A stretch of DNA of 64,000 bases. It comes from a virus. Below are positions 50,271 through 59,344 of this stretch, one piece after another. The stretch lies in the IMG/VR virus record IMGVR_UViG_3300045988_137242; one strand, 5' to 3'. The notes under the pieces are model-generated. The model was not told the origin of the DNA. It did no database searches and saw nothing but the letters and a program-made list of their open reading frames with translations. The first letter of the stretch is position 1, and the number at the start of each line of letters is the position of its first letter. The position numbers were made by a program, and so were the translations under genes.

Positions 50271-50483
50271 TTATAATATACAACATCTTGCTAATGCGCC
50301 GATGGGAATGGAGAGGATGCCTCTAATGAGATTTCCTCTGTTCCATCTTCCTTGATAGTAGTGGCAGCGGTCGTTGTCTTCATGTATTATGAGGGCAAGT
50401 ATGGCGTAGCCACTTCCGAAGAGCATGGCGATAAGAAAGTATACCGCCATGCCGAGGATATTGTTTCGGTTTCTTTTAGTCAT
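50271..50483 (-). CDS. small two-TM protein (70 aa from MTKRNRN), holin-like candidate
   Basis: Hydrophobic segments AVYFLIAMLFGSGYAILALIIH and GILSIPIGALARCCIL. Last gene of the late minus-strand operon. Confidence 0.35.
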   Translation of the reverse strand: MTKRNRNNILGMAVYFLIAMLFGSGYAILALIIHEDNDRCHYYQGRWNRGNLIRGILSIPIGALARCCIL

Positions 50484-50700
50484 GAGGCTGTTCAGATGAT
50501 GGGTCCTCATACACCAAGTTATGCTCATCTACGTAAGCCTTGGCTTCTGAGTATGTATCAAACTCTACTGCGGTGGCATTCACTGATGGGAATACCTCAG
50601 CATTATCACCTTCCTCTGTGAGAGGGAACACCATCTTGGTTCCCTCATGTACCACCTTATACTTCTTTGTTAACTTAATGACTGCGCATTTGCCGTGCAA
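50476..50700 (-). CDS. hypothetical protein (74 aa)
   Basis: Track ORF. Confidence 0.45.
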   Translation of the reverse strand: MHGKCAVIKLTKKYKVVHEGTKMVFPLTEEGDNAEVFPSVNATAVEFDTYSEAKAYVDEHNLVYEDPSSEQPHD

Positions 50701-50731
50701 TGCACGAAAATCCTTTCTATCTTTCGCATAA

Positions 50732-51295
50732 TCATTGCCAATCTATTTTTACTGTTCCTGATGATGCACCTGAAGGTATCCAAATCTCCCAAGGCTGGGA
50801 ATAGAAACCATACTTGACAGTATGACTGCCATAATAACCTACTTTTGAGGAAGTACTGGCTGTATAAATCTGGTCTTCACTATCTGTGTCCATATATAGT
50901 ATCCATTTAGTACTTCCATTCACTGTCTCACATCTTACAATATTTAATAGCATACCAGAGCCTGTAACATCCATAAATGGAGTACTGCTCCAATAACTGG
51001 ATGGTATCTTTAAGCAGGGAGCCAAAATGCCATTCAGCAATGTTCTTAGATTACTGAGGGTTATCTCTGTATTTGTTGAACCGTCTGAATAATAGAACTT
51101 CTTTTTTAGAGCATAATCCAAAATAACACCATAAGTATATTTTCTGGATAATACCTGACTGTCATTTGATATTGTTATAATACTCCTACCCTGCAAAGCT
51201 GCCCTGATGATATAATAATCCTTTTCATTTAAATTGTCCTTTATCTTCTTGAAAATCTTTGTCAAGGCATCACTCGTCATACTAAACATGCTCAT
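50732..51295 (-). CDS. hypothetical structural protein (187 aa)
   Basis: Track ORF downstream of the fibre-like genes. Confidence 0.5.
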   Translation of the reverse strand: MSMFSMTSDALTKIFKKIKDNLNEKDYYIIRAALQGRSIITISNDSQVLSRKYTYGVILDYALKKKFYYSDGSTNTEITLSNLRTLLNGILAPCLKIPSSYWSSTPFMDVTGSGMLLNIVRCETVNGSTKWILYMDTDSEDQIYTASTSSKVGYYGSHTVKYGFYSQPWEIWIPSGASSGTVKIDWQ

Positions 51296-51388
51296 ATCTT
51301 TTACTTTTTATTTAAATGGGTCAGGACAGGACAAACATACCCACTCCCGACCCAGCAATCTTATATTACCACTCTCTTAGACCATAAC

Positions 51389-52537
51389 TTACTTAGCGTT
51401 ATTCCACAATGTTGTGATATCAGTATCTGTAAGATCTGTAAACTCACTGGAATCAACCTTACCATCTATAGTGTCCTGCATAGCATTAAGGGATTCACAG
51501 AGTACCTTATTCTGCAAAGGATTTGTAGAAGTAGGATTTAATACAGAATCTACAACAGTTTTATTAGCACCTGCAGCTATACCATCAAGTTTTGTTTTAT
51601 CAGTACTTGACATCAAACCATTATTACTTGTAGTAGCTACACCATAAGTAGTGTTGCTATCTGTCCAAGGAACGTTCACAAATGCACGACCGTTATAGAA
51701 TAGTTCTACAGGGTATAATCTATCACTTTTTGCAGTAGTAGAATGAAAACCACTTATAACAGTATCTTGAGTTTTTGCATCAAATGATATAGGAGTACCA
51801 ATACTTTTTGCCCTAACACCTCCAAGAGCACCTTCTGTAGCTGTTGGCAAAGAATATTTGTTGGCTCCCGCAGTTATGCCATCCAACTTGGTTTTATATG
51901 CTGCCGTAAAGTCATTTGTACTCAAATCCTTACCACTCACCTTATCCACCTTGTTGTTCAAGGCTGCCTGTGTAGCTGTAGATATAGGCTTGTTAGCGTC
52001 ACTGGTATTATCTACATTACCAAGACCTACTGCACTCTTCGACAACTCCGTCTTCTTAACATAAGGTGACAAGTCTACATTTGCCTTCCACTCACCAAGC
52101 TGCTCCCAATAGTAGACAAGACCTGCCTGACCAGAAGGAAGGGGTTCATTTTTCGACAGTCTGACATACTCCTTGTAAACATTGTCTGTTCCACTTGCAG
52201 TACTCTTTACAAGATAAATCCTGCCGCCTTTAGCAGTAGAGGCATCTGGAAGTGTAGTCACAACCTCACACAACGTTGTATCAATACCAAGATCCCCAAG
52301 AGTAAGATTACCACTACCTGTAAGACTCTTACCATTGATGGTCTTTACGGAAGCCACTTTCTTCTGAGCCTCTGCCAAAGCTCCTGCTGCTGCAGTAACA
52401 GCATTATCTGCTGTCTTCTGGGCATTGGCTGCATTGGTCTTTGCTGTATTAGCTGTACTCTGGGCTGTATTAATTGAGCCCTTTACAAGTGAAGCAAATT
52501 TGCTCAAATTGTCTTTTGAAATATATTCTCTTGCCAT
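51389..52537 (-). CDS. tail fibre-like protein (382 aa)
   Basis: GLGNVDNTSDANKPISTATQAALNNKVDK matches the tail-fibre repeat I recall from other phages. KTKLDGI(T/A)AGANK occurs twice. Has the C-terminal DITTLW motif. Confidence 0.65.
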   Translation of the reverse strand: MAREYISKDNLSKFASLVKGSINTAQSTANTAKTNAANAQKTADNAVTAAAGALAEAQKKVASVKTINGKSLTGSGNLTLGDLGIDTTLCEVVTTLPDASTAKGGRIYLVKSTASGTDNVYKEYVRLSKNEPLPSGQAGLVYYWEQLGEWKANVDLSPYVKKTELSKSAVGLGNVDNTSDANKPISTATQAALNNKVDKVSGKDLSTNDFTAAYKTKLDGITAGANKYSLPTATEGALGGVRAKSIGTPISFDAKTQDTVISGFHSTTAKSDRLYPVELFYNGRAFVNVPWTDSNTTYGVATTSNNGLMSSTDKTKLDGIAAGANKTVVDSVLNPTSTNPLQNKVLCESLNAMQDTIDGKVDSSEFTDLTDTDITTLWNNAK

Positions 52538-52582
52538 AATCTAAAAAAATTAATCCTTGTTTTAATTGTATCTATATTATTT

Positions 52583-53011
52583 TTACTTCGTAATAGCCTC
52601 ACGCCACAGATTGTCTATATCGGTATCTGCAAGGGCTGTAAGCTCTGCTTCCTTGACATATTTCTTGTCTGCCTCTGCTGTGGTCTGATAGGAACTCATG
52701 TCCACGGTGCCTGCACTGAACTTCTGCCAGCCTTCTGCTTTCTTCCTGTTTTCCCAATTCTTCAACTGATACAAATCTCCATTGCCTTTGCCATCAGCAT
52801 CTACTACATACCACAACTGACCTATTGCATCATTGTCTGTATTGTTCTTGGAAACACTCAACTGCCAGTCATTCAAAGCATACAAGGCTGTGAGATTTGC
52901 TACTGTCCTATGACCACTTATCTCATCTGCATATACAACACCATACCCTGTTTCTGTGGTATTGTTGCTCCTCAGGGTATTTGCCTGCGCTAAACCTTTT
53001 CTTGTTGCCAT
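52583..53011 (-). CDS. fibre-associated protein (142 aa)
   Basis: Has the C-terminal TALADTDIDNLW motif shared with neighbouring genes. Confidence 0.5.
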   Translation of the reverse strand: MATRKGLAQANTLRSNNTTETGYGVVYADEISGHRTVANLTALYALNDWQLSVSKNNTDNDAIGQLWYVVDADGKGNGDLYQLKNWENRKKAEGWQKFSAGTVDMSSYQTTAEADKKYVKEAELTALADTDIDNLWREAITK

Positions 53012-53041
53012 ATCTTTTTTCCTTTCTTTTTAACGTTCTTA

Positions 53042-54313
53042 TTATGCAAAATCCAACTTGGCATTGGTAAATGCTCCCTGCTGCTCACTCGTATATACAT
53101 TATACTCTATCTGCTTGCCTGTCTCTGGGTCTTTCACTGTCAAGGTCTGGAAGGTGAATCCTCCATCCAACAGAGGAGTAGCATCATTCATCGTTATCCT
53201 TGACAGCTTGCCAAGCTTGCTTGGATATGCATATACGTAATACTGGCTGGCTGTAGTACTTACTCCTGTCACTACCTTTGACTTGCCACTCTGCTGATAA
53301 TGGTCTCCCCCCTGACCAAGAGCACTTAGCTTACTCTGCAGACTGCTTACAGTGAGAGCTGCACCTACTGCTCCCATTACTACCTTATAGTCAAAATGTA
53401 CCTTCAGTGTAGCTGACTTGCTGTCCATAGCTGTACCATCGGATGCCTTGATGCAGCCATCCACAAGAATCAGTCCCTGCTTTGGGGCTTTCACACTGGC
53501 AGTAATAACTGTGTCTTCTGTTATATTATCTACTGTTACCTCATCTGACCATACTCCTGAAGCTGGCAATGCCTTGCTTGCCCAGTTACCACCATTAACT
53601 GCCGTTGGATCCTTATAACCCTCTGTCTTCTTCCACATATAACTGCCTGAGAAGGTTACTGTATAGCCATACAAGGTGTTGAGATTCCCTATACCTGAAG
53701 ATGTCTGTACATTCTTGCCGTCTGCTGTCTTCACTGTCCAAGGGGATGATATTCCTCCTGATTCTGATAATGACTTCTTACCTATTGTCACTCCTACCAA
53801 AGGCAAATCTCCATCCATGATTGCCTTGATGTCCTTGGCATTCTTGGCTCCCTTGTCTCCTGCATAGGCTGTAGAAGAGGTCTCTCCCAATGATACACCG
53901 CCTGAGCTTATTTCCACCAGCTCTGTACCACCCCAACGGTAGGTCTTGTTGGTATTTATATCTACAAATATCTTACCTCCATAAGGATTACCGTTCAGCT
54001 CCTGATAGTTCTCCCTCGTTCCCCAGTTATTGTAGTAGGTCTTTGCTTGGGTAAGACCCGTCTGAGCTGCAAAACACTTCTTGGCTCTTACATATACTAC
54101 AGTATATACTGTACTGCCACCAAAGCTGGATGTCTGAATAGTAGCATCGTCTACAAAGCCTTCAAACTCTACTATATCATCTACATAACTTGGTAGCTTG
54201 TCTGCTGGTATCATACCATTCTCATCCAAACTTACCTTCTTGTCAAGCTCTGGCTTGATCTTATTGGCTATGAGATGCCTCAAACCTGTCTCATCTAAAA
54301 ACTTTTTCTCCAT
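53042..54313 (-). CDS. tail fibre/spike-like protein (423 aa)
   Basis: The N-terminal ~135 aa are homologous to 54337-54840: FLDE.GL..L..KIK..L..KV.LDENGMIP...LP; KIFVD..T.K.YRW.G..LVE.SS. Confidence 0.6.
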   Translation of the reverse strand: MEKKFLDETGLRHLIANKIKPELDKKVSLDENGMIPADKLPSYVDDIVEFEGFVDDATIQTSSFGGSTVYTVVYVRAKKCFAAQTGLTQAKTYYNNWGTRENYQELNGNPYGGKIFVDINTNKTYRWGGTELVEISSGGVSLGETSSTAYAGDKGAKNAKDIKAIMDGDLPLVGVTIGKKSLSESGGISSPWTVKTADGKNVQTSSGIGNLNTLYGYTVTFSGSYMWKKTEGYKDPTAVNGGNWASKALPASGVWSDEVTVDNITEDTVITASVKAPKQGLILVDGCIKASDGTAMDSKSATLKVHFDYKVVMGAVGAALTVSSLQSKLSALGQGGDHYQQSGKSKVVTGVSTTASQYYVYAYPSKLGKLSRITMNDATPLLDGGFTFQTLTVKDPETGKQIEYNVYTSEQQGAFTNAKLDFA

Positions 54314-54336
54314 ATTGATAATAATTTATATAATGT

Positions 54337-54840
54337 TTACTCATTTATATTCCATATCTCATCTATCTTGCTGTCAGCAATACTGCCTACATTGCCTCCT
54401 GTAGAAGATACTTCTACCAAATCACTGCCACTCCACCTGTAGCTCTTCTGTGTTGTCTTGTCTACAAAGATCTTGTTGGAGTGGGGAACTGGCTGCTGAG
54501 CATCATCATTCTGATACTTTGCATATGTCTCCCATACATTGTAATACAATGGAGGTTTTGAAACAGATACTCCTCCACTTGCCTGCGGCACCTGAGCTGC
54601 AAAATACTTCTTTGCCTTCACATATACTACTGTATAGTTGGAGGCTGTGGTACCCACCTGTTGTATCTCAGCATCATCCACAAAGCCATCAAACTCAACC
54701 ATCTCCATACTATTACCAGGAATGAGTTCTGAAGGTATCATGCCATTCTCATCAAGCTCTACCTTATTTCCTAAAGCTGCCTTGATCTTCTTTACAAGAT
54801 AGTCAAGTCCAATCTCATCTAAAAATCTTGAATTTTCCAT
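54337..54840 (-). CDS. fibre-like protein (167 aa), N-terminal paralog of 53042-54313
   Basis: See 53042-54313. Has the C-terminal SKIDEIW motif. Confidence 0.55.
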   Translation of the reverse strand: MENSRFLDEIGLDYLVKKIKAALGNKVELDENGMIPSELIPGNSMEMVEFDGFVDDAEIQQVGTTASNYTVVYVKAKKYFAAQVPQASGGVSVSKPPLYYNVWETYAKYQNDDAQQPVPHSNKIFVDKTTQKSYRWSGSDLVEVSSTGGNVGSIADSKIDEIWNINE

Positions 54841-54856
54841 ATCTTTTTTCGTTTAC

Positions 54857-55219
54857 TTAGTTTCTTTCCCATATATCGGCTATATCACTGTTCTCTATCT
54901 TTGACACACTGCTTCCTTGGGAGATAATGTCTTGTATCATCTTCTCAAGTTCCTGAGTCTTGCCTTTTAAAGTTTGGATGTCCTTGAACGCTTGTTCTAT
55001 TTCTAATATCGTATCTGAAGGAATCCCCGTGGCTGCCTCAATAAGCTTTAGTAAAGATGGGCTAAGCTTTTCAGCCGTTACCGACCCCTTAGCTATCTTG
55101 CCAGTAGTCACCGAAGCGTCAGCCAACCTATCCGTAGTGATAGCGGACTTATCAATATCGTCCGTCTTAATCAGCGGCACCATAGTACCGAGTTTAACAT
55201 CTTGTTTATATGTAGGCAT
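54857..55219 (-). CDS. fibre-associated coiled-coil protein (120 aa)
   Basis: Has the C-terminal SDIADIW motif. Confidence 0.5.
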   Translation of the reverse strand: MPTYKQDVKLGTMVPLIKTDDIDKSAITTDRLADASVTTGKIAKGSVTAEKLSPSLLKLIEAATGIPSDTILEIEQAFKDIQTLKGKTQELEKMIQDIISQGSSVSKIENSDIADIWERN

Positions 55220-55484
55220 ATCTGATAAGTTTAGGTTCAGAGGAAGTAAAAATGCGAATAGTAGAAGCTGGTGCGTTTAGCTGCATGCGCAGATGGAAAA
55301 CCGTAGCGTTCCTGTGCTTCTTCATGGGAACCATAGGGAACTCGCCGTTTCGGTTCTTCTGTCTGATAACCACCTTGCCCGGTGTCTTCAGTTCAATCAT
55401 GAGATAGAAGTTGCGTTGTTCCGTAATATCGGGAGAGACCCACGCCTTTTCCGTATTGCTGTATGTTGCAGAAATATTCTTCAT
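55206..55484 (-). CDS. hypothetical structural protein (92 aa from MKNISATY)
   Basis: Track ORF trimmed so that it starts 2 nt after the stop of 55486-56169. Confidence 0.45.
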   Translation of the reverse strand: MKNISATYSNTEKAWVSPDITEQRNFYLMIELKTPGKVVIRQKNRNGEFPMVPMKKHRNATVFHLRMQLNAPASTIRIFTSSEPKLIRYAYI

Positions 55485-55485
55485 A

Positions 55486-56169
55486 TCACTTCGCTGTTTG
55501 GTTAACGCCCAGTTGCTGCAGGGCAATAGAATACATTTGTGTAGCCTTGGTATCATCATAGGCAGACAGGAGCAGGAATGCGATATAATAGATGAGGGCA
55601 TTTCTGAAAGTGTCAGAAATGTTGACCACCTCTTTCTCGTTTTCATCCTCAGAAATCTGCGTAGGCACACCGACATAAGACACCGTGACAATCCTGTCTT
55701 CGGGAACCGGTTGTACGAGAAGTTTCAGAGGCGATACACGCATGATAGCCGCAAGCGGTCTGTCGGCAGTCCCCTTAGACGACTCGTCAAACATAAGCAG
55801 TTCCTCATCATCAGTATCTTCCATCGGGACGACCCCCTTGTGCCAGCCCCTTGCCCTAACACGGTTGATGTTAAAGACAGCGATGTTGGAAGGCATAGAG
55901 ATAATGCCGATGTCGGGATAGTTCTCGTACAGCTCCACCGAAATATCAGTAGACACCGACACCGAGCTTGCCGCCTTAGTATCAGAAGACCCAGACAAGA
56001 CAGACGAAGCCGTGGCAGTGATAGCAATCCAGTGGAGAGCGTCAGGGATTTTTGCCTTTATGATATTATCCATATAGGCATCCTCCTTGTCGTCAATGAT
56101 GGCAGAAGAGTTGTTCGACTCCTCGTCAACGCACCATCTAACAGCCTTAATTATTTCCTCTACGCTCAT
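55486..56169 (-). CDS. possible head-tail connector/adaptor protein (227 aa)
   Basis: Position downstream of the capsid gene. The C-terminal aromatic helix FRNALIYYIAFLLLSAYDD resembles gp6-like connectors. This is a weak call. Confidence 0.35.
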   Translation of the reverse strand: MSVEEIIKAVRWCVDEESNNSSAIIDDKEDAYMDNIIKAKIPDALHWIAITATASSVLSGSSDTKAASSVSVSTDISVELYENYPDIGIISMPSNIAVFNINRVRARGWHKGVVPMEDTDDEELLMFDESSKGTADRPLAAIMRVSPLKLLVQPVPEDRIVTVSYVGVPTQISEDENEKEVVNISDTFRNALIYYIAFLLLSAYDDTKATQMYSIALQQLGVNQTAK

Positions 56170-56189
56170 GATACCACAGATAAAAAAGG

Positions 56190-56633
56190 TTACTCGTCAA
56201 AATCCGGGAATATAAGCCCAGCCTTAGAAGCATGCTTCAAAGCTGTGGGGAGAGTCTTGCACTCCTTATCGAAGCGGTCGTTAATGTACGCAATGACTTC
56301 ATCAGAAGTGTGTATATTCCTAACCTCCTCCTTCTTCGGCTGTTTAGGAGCGGCAGGAGTAGGAACAGAAACAGAGTTAGTTTCATTCTCACGTTCCGCT
56401 TTCTCGCCCGGGAACTCCTCCTGTTCGTGTTCTATAACCACCGTTTCCCCCTTAAAGAGCAAGCTATCCTCCAACAGCTCTTGGAAATAGCGACCCCTCA
56501 GCGTGAGAGTAGGGTATTTGTTGATATTGATATTACCGTCAGTGAAGTTAAAGCGCACCTCATTACCCTGCTTGCCATACAGCAGATAGCTGACATTGTT
56601 ACGATGAACCCTTGCTTTATATGTTTTAATCAT
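56190..56633 (-). CDS. hypothetical head protein (147 aa)
   Basis: Track ORF immediately downstream of the capsid gene. Confidence 0.45.
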   Translation of the reverse strand: MIKTYKARVHRNNVSYLLYGKQGNEVRFNFTDGNININKYPTLTLRGRYFQELLEDSLLFKGETVVIEHEQEEFPGEKAERENETNSVSVPTPAAPKQPKKEEVRNIHTSDEVIAYINDRFDKECKTLPTALKHASKAGLIFPDFDE

Positions 56634-56707
56634 ATTCTTATACTTTCTTTTTAAATGGGCAGGACTGAAACATCCTGCCCGTTGATAGCTTATTTATGAA
56701 ACGTCAG

Positions 56708-58384
56708 TTACGCAGCTGTATCCTGTCCGGTGTATACAGTCCAAGCGGTGCCAGTGTAGTAGTAGACAGAACCCTTCTCGTAAGTGGTCTCACCAACCTT
56801 ATAGTCCTGTGTGAGAGCCACCTTCATGCCCTTAGACGGAGTGTCCGGCAGTTTCGGTGCAGAGATGATGGTGCCGAGTGATTCGGTAGCAATCTGTGCA
56901 ATCTTAGAAGCCGGTCCGACGAGGATAGAGTTGTAGCCACGGAGAGCCACGGAGTCAGCCTCCTGATGGATCCAACGCTTAGCGTCACGCACTTCTCCAC
57001 CACCCTTCGACATATCGTTGGTCTGTTCCTTTTTGCCGATTTTGACATAACGGCGAGAAGCCTTCGGGTCGAAGATAACCATGAAGTCCGACATGCCCAA
57101 GAGGTCGAGCGTCTGCGCCCATACGAAATCGATGGAACCGAAAGTGTCCTTGAAACGCTTGAAGGTAAGGTCAAACTCATTATGGTTGATGAAGTCATTC
57201 TGATGACTACCCTCAAGTTTGACATTTTCAAGACGCTCGATAGCGTTCTTTCCGCAGAATGCGAAGCATCGGTCGTTTTCCGAGAATTCGGTAAACTGGA
57301 GCTTAGAGAGAGCGACAAAGTCTCCGAGAGTGTAAGTGTCGCCGATAGCATACGTATTGGTGAGCTGATTGATGATACCCTCCGAAGTGTAGACATCCTC
57401 AATCTGTCCGTCGCCAGTTTCCGCCTTGAATCGAGACTTACAACCCAAAAGGTAAGTACGTTCCGCACGAAGGTTGTACTTGATAATAGCGTCAGTTTTG
57501 AGGTCAGCCACTGTGATAGGCTGTTCCTTCTTCACCTTCTCGTAGTCGTCGGTAAACACGATGTTCAGAAGTTTCTTCTGTACATACACCTTTTTCTCTC
57601 TTGGCTGGAAGTTCTCAGGAGTGATAGTAAGCTGAGACTCCGAAGCCGCCGAAGCCGCAGCGAGCAGCGTAGTACCGACAGGAATAGCAGGACACGTCAT
57701 ATTGTCAAGATTCTCCCTTGTGTCGCCCTCGTTCTTCGGCTGACCATTGACAGCCTGCATGACAGCCTTCTTGCCGTTAGCCTCAATGACGTAGAGCATA
57801 AGAGTACCCTCTTTCTTGGTTTTGGAACCCTCCGCATAACCAGCGACACCTGAAGCAATCACCGTAGTACCCTTATAGAAAGGACGGATAGAGCCAGAGA
57901 AGTTAGTGGAATTAATCTCCACTGTATCGCCTGTAGGAATCTCGGTAGTAACCTGTCCGTCGAGCGTCTCACCGCCGACACGCTGATGCGACACCTCCCA
58001 GTTCTTGATGTTCACCGTCTTTGCCATCTGACGGACGATAGAGAGGATAGGAGTCTTGAACGGATAGAACTTCACAATCTCGCTATCCCACTCCTTTTCG
58101 AGCAGTCCACCTTCACGAAGCTGAGTACTTGAAGCCTGCGAGCCAGTAAGGTCCTGACCATCCTTTTTACCACCAGGGCTAAGACGGTCGCTTGTGTTAG
58201 CATCAACAGGCTCCTTAGCGTCAACCGTCTCCTTGGAAGCCGGTTCGGGACCCTCGTCACCAATCTGCGGTTCGAAAGTATCAGCTACAGCCATAACACC
58301 GCCGCCAGTCACGACAGCGAGAAGCATCAGAATCATCTTGCAGACGAACTGAGCATAATGGGAAAAAATAATATTCTTCTTCAT
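56708..58384 (-). CDS. major capsid protein candidate (558 aa)
   Basis: Follows the scaffold-like gene and is divergent from the portal. Size and mixed beta-rich composition fit. The first ~35 aa are hydrophobic, so the true start may be the internal MAVADTF. Confidence 0.55.
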   Translation of the reverse strand: MKKNIIFSHYAQFVCKMILMLLAVVTGGGVMAVADTFEPQIGDEGPEPASKETVDAKEPVDANTSDRLSPGGKKDGQDLTGSQASSTQLREGGLLEKEWDSEIVKFYPFKTPILSIVRQMAKTVNIKNWEVSHQRVGGETLDGQVTTEIPTGDTVEINSTNFSGSIRPFYKGTTVIASGVAGYAEGSKTKKEGTLMLYVIEANGKKAVMQAVNGQPKNEGDTRENLDNMTCPAIPVGTTLLAAASAASESQLTITPENFQPREKKVYVQKKLLNIVFTDDYEKVKKEQPITVADLKTDAIIKYNLRAERTYLLGCKSRFKAETGDGQIEDVYTSEGIINQLTNTYAIGDTYTLGDFVALSKLQFTEFSENDRCFAFCGKNAIERLENVKLEGSHQNDFINHNEFDLTFKRFKDTFGSIDFVWAQTLDLLGMSDFMVIFDPKASRRYVKIGKKEQTNDMSKGGGEVRDAKRWIHQEADSVALRGYNSILVGPASKIAQIATESLGTIISAPKLPDTPSKGMKVALTQDYKVGETTYEKGSVYYYTGTAWTVYTGQDTAA

Positions 58385-58410
58385 CTTGTTTTGTATATAT
58401 ATTAAAAAAA

Positions 58411-59187
58411 TTAGTTACTGCGAATGCCGTCAAAGAAACTCTCCCTCTTGCGTTTCGGTGCAGCCGGAGCATTACCGGCACCACTCGTAGAAAGCGAAGG
58501 TGGAATACCCTCAGAGGCAGAAGAGCGGATATTATTCTGAATCTTCTCGTTGCGAGCCTTCATTGCCGCCTCCTCACGAGCCGAAGAAATATCAGAATCA
58601 TAGTTGTAGGCGTTCATGAAAAGCTTCCAAGTGTCGGTGGAGATATTGCCATCCTCGGCATCACCGATAACTCCCCACACCTTAGCGTAGAGGTCGTTCG
58701 CCTCCTCGTCAGACAATCCAAGCTTATCAAGAGCCTCACGAGACTTCTGGAGATTATTCATCAGCTCCTCACTATGCTTCTCCTGTTCCGCAACCTTCTC
58801 CTGATATGCGGTAATCTGTTCCGCCACCTTCTTGCCCAGCTTCTCATCTTCGAGAGCCGCCTTGATGTCGATGCCCTGCGAAGCCATCCACTCAAACGGA
58901 TGCATACCCTTACGAGTAGAGTCGAGTACCATAGCGGCGAGCCACTTGTTGTTGTCAAGCATCTTGCTGAGTGCCGCACCGCTCTCCTCGTATTTTCCAA
59001 GAGCGTCAGCATCATCATTCATCGCAGCATAGCGAGCCTCCTTATCCTCGAAGTCAACATCAGAATGACGCTTAGCGAACCGCTTGGAAAAAGCCGTTCT
59101 GTTAGGTCGTTCATCGACGGTCTCGGCAGGATTAGCCTGCTGTGCAGCCGCTTCATTATCCATTTGCTTTAAATCTGTTTTTGCCAT
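58411..59187 (-). CDS. scaffolding protein candidate (258 aa from MAKTDLK)
   Basis: Acidic, helical, A/E/K-rich. Lies directly upstream of the capsid gene. The start is trimmed from the track ORF. Confidence 0.5.
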   Translation of the reverse strand: MAKTDLKQMDNEAAAQQANPAETVDERPNRTAFSKRFAKRHSDVDFEDKEARYAAMNDDADALGKYEESGAALSKMLDNNKWLAAMVLDSTRKGMHPFEWMASQGIDIKAALEDEKLGKKVAEQITAYQEKVAEQEKHSEELMNNLQKSREALDKLGLSDEEANDLYAKVWGVIGDAEDGNISTDTWKLFMNAYNYDSDISSAREEAAMKARNEKIQNNIRSSASEGIPPSLSTSGAGNAPAAPKRKRESFFDGIRSN

Positions 59188-59344
59188 ATTCAAATGCGTT
59201 AAAACTTTTCGGCAAAGATGCAAATAACCAAAAGGCGAATTGCCGTATTCCAATCACGAACAAAGCGGCGGTTGGAATACGACAAAGAAGGGTTTGTTTC
59301 TCCCTATTTTTGCGCATATAATATAACAATGTGTAAGGAAAAAT

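Noticed and set aside
53042-54840. Diversity-generating retroelement (template/variable repeat) between the similar fibre gene 5' ends
   Set aside because: The similarity is at the N-terminal domain, is moderate at the nucleotide level, and is not adenine-specific. No reverse transcriptase is present. The genes are ordinary paralogs.
55411-56490. 359-aa plus-strand ORF
   Set aside because: It is antisense to three well-packed minus-strand genes (55206-56633). The sequence is Arg/Ser/Leu-rich and lacks motifs. It is a shadow ORF.
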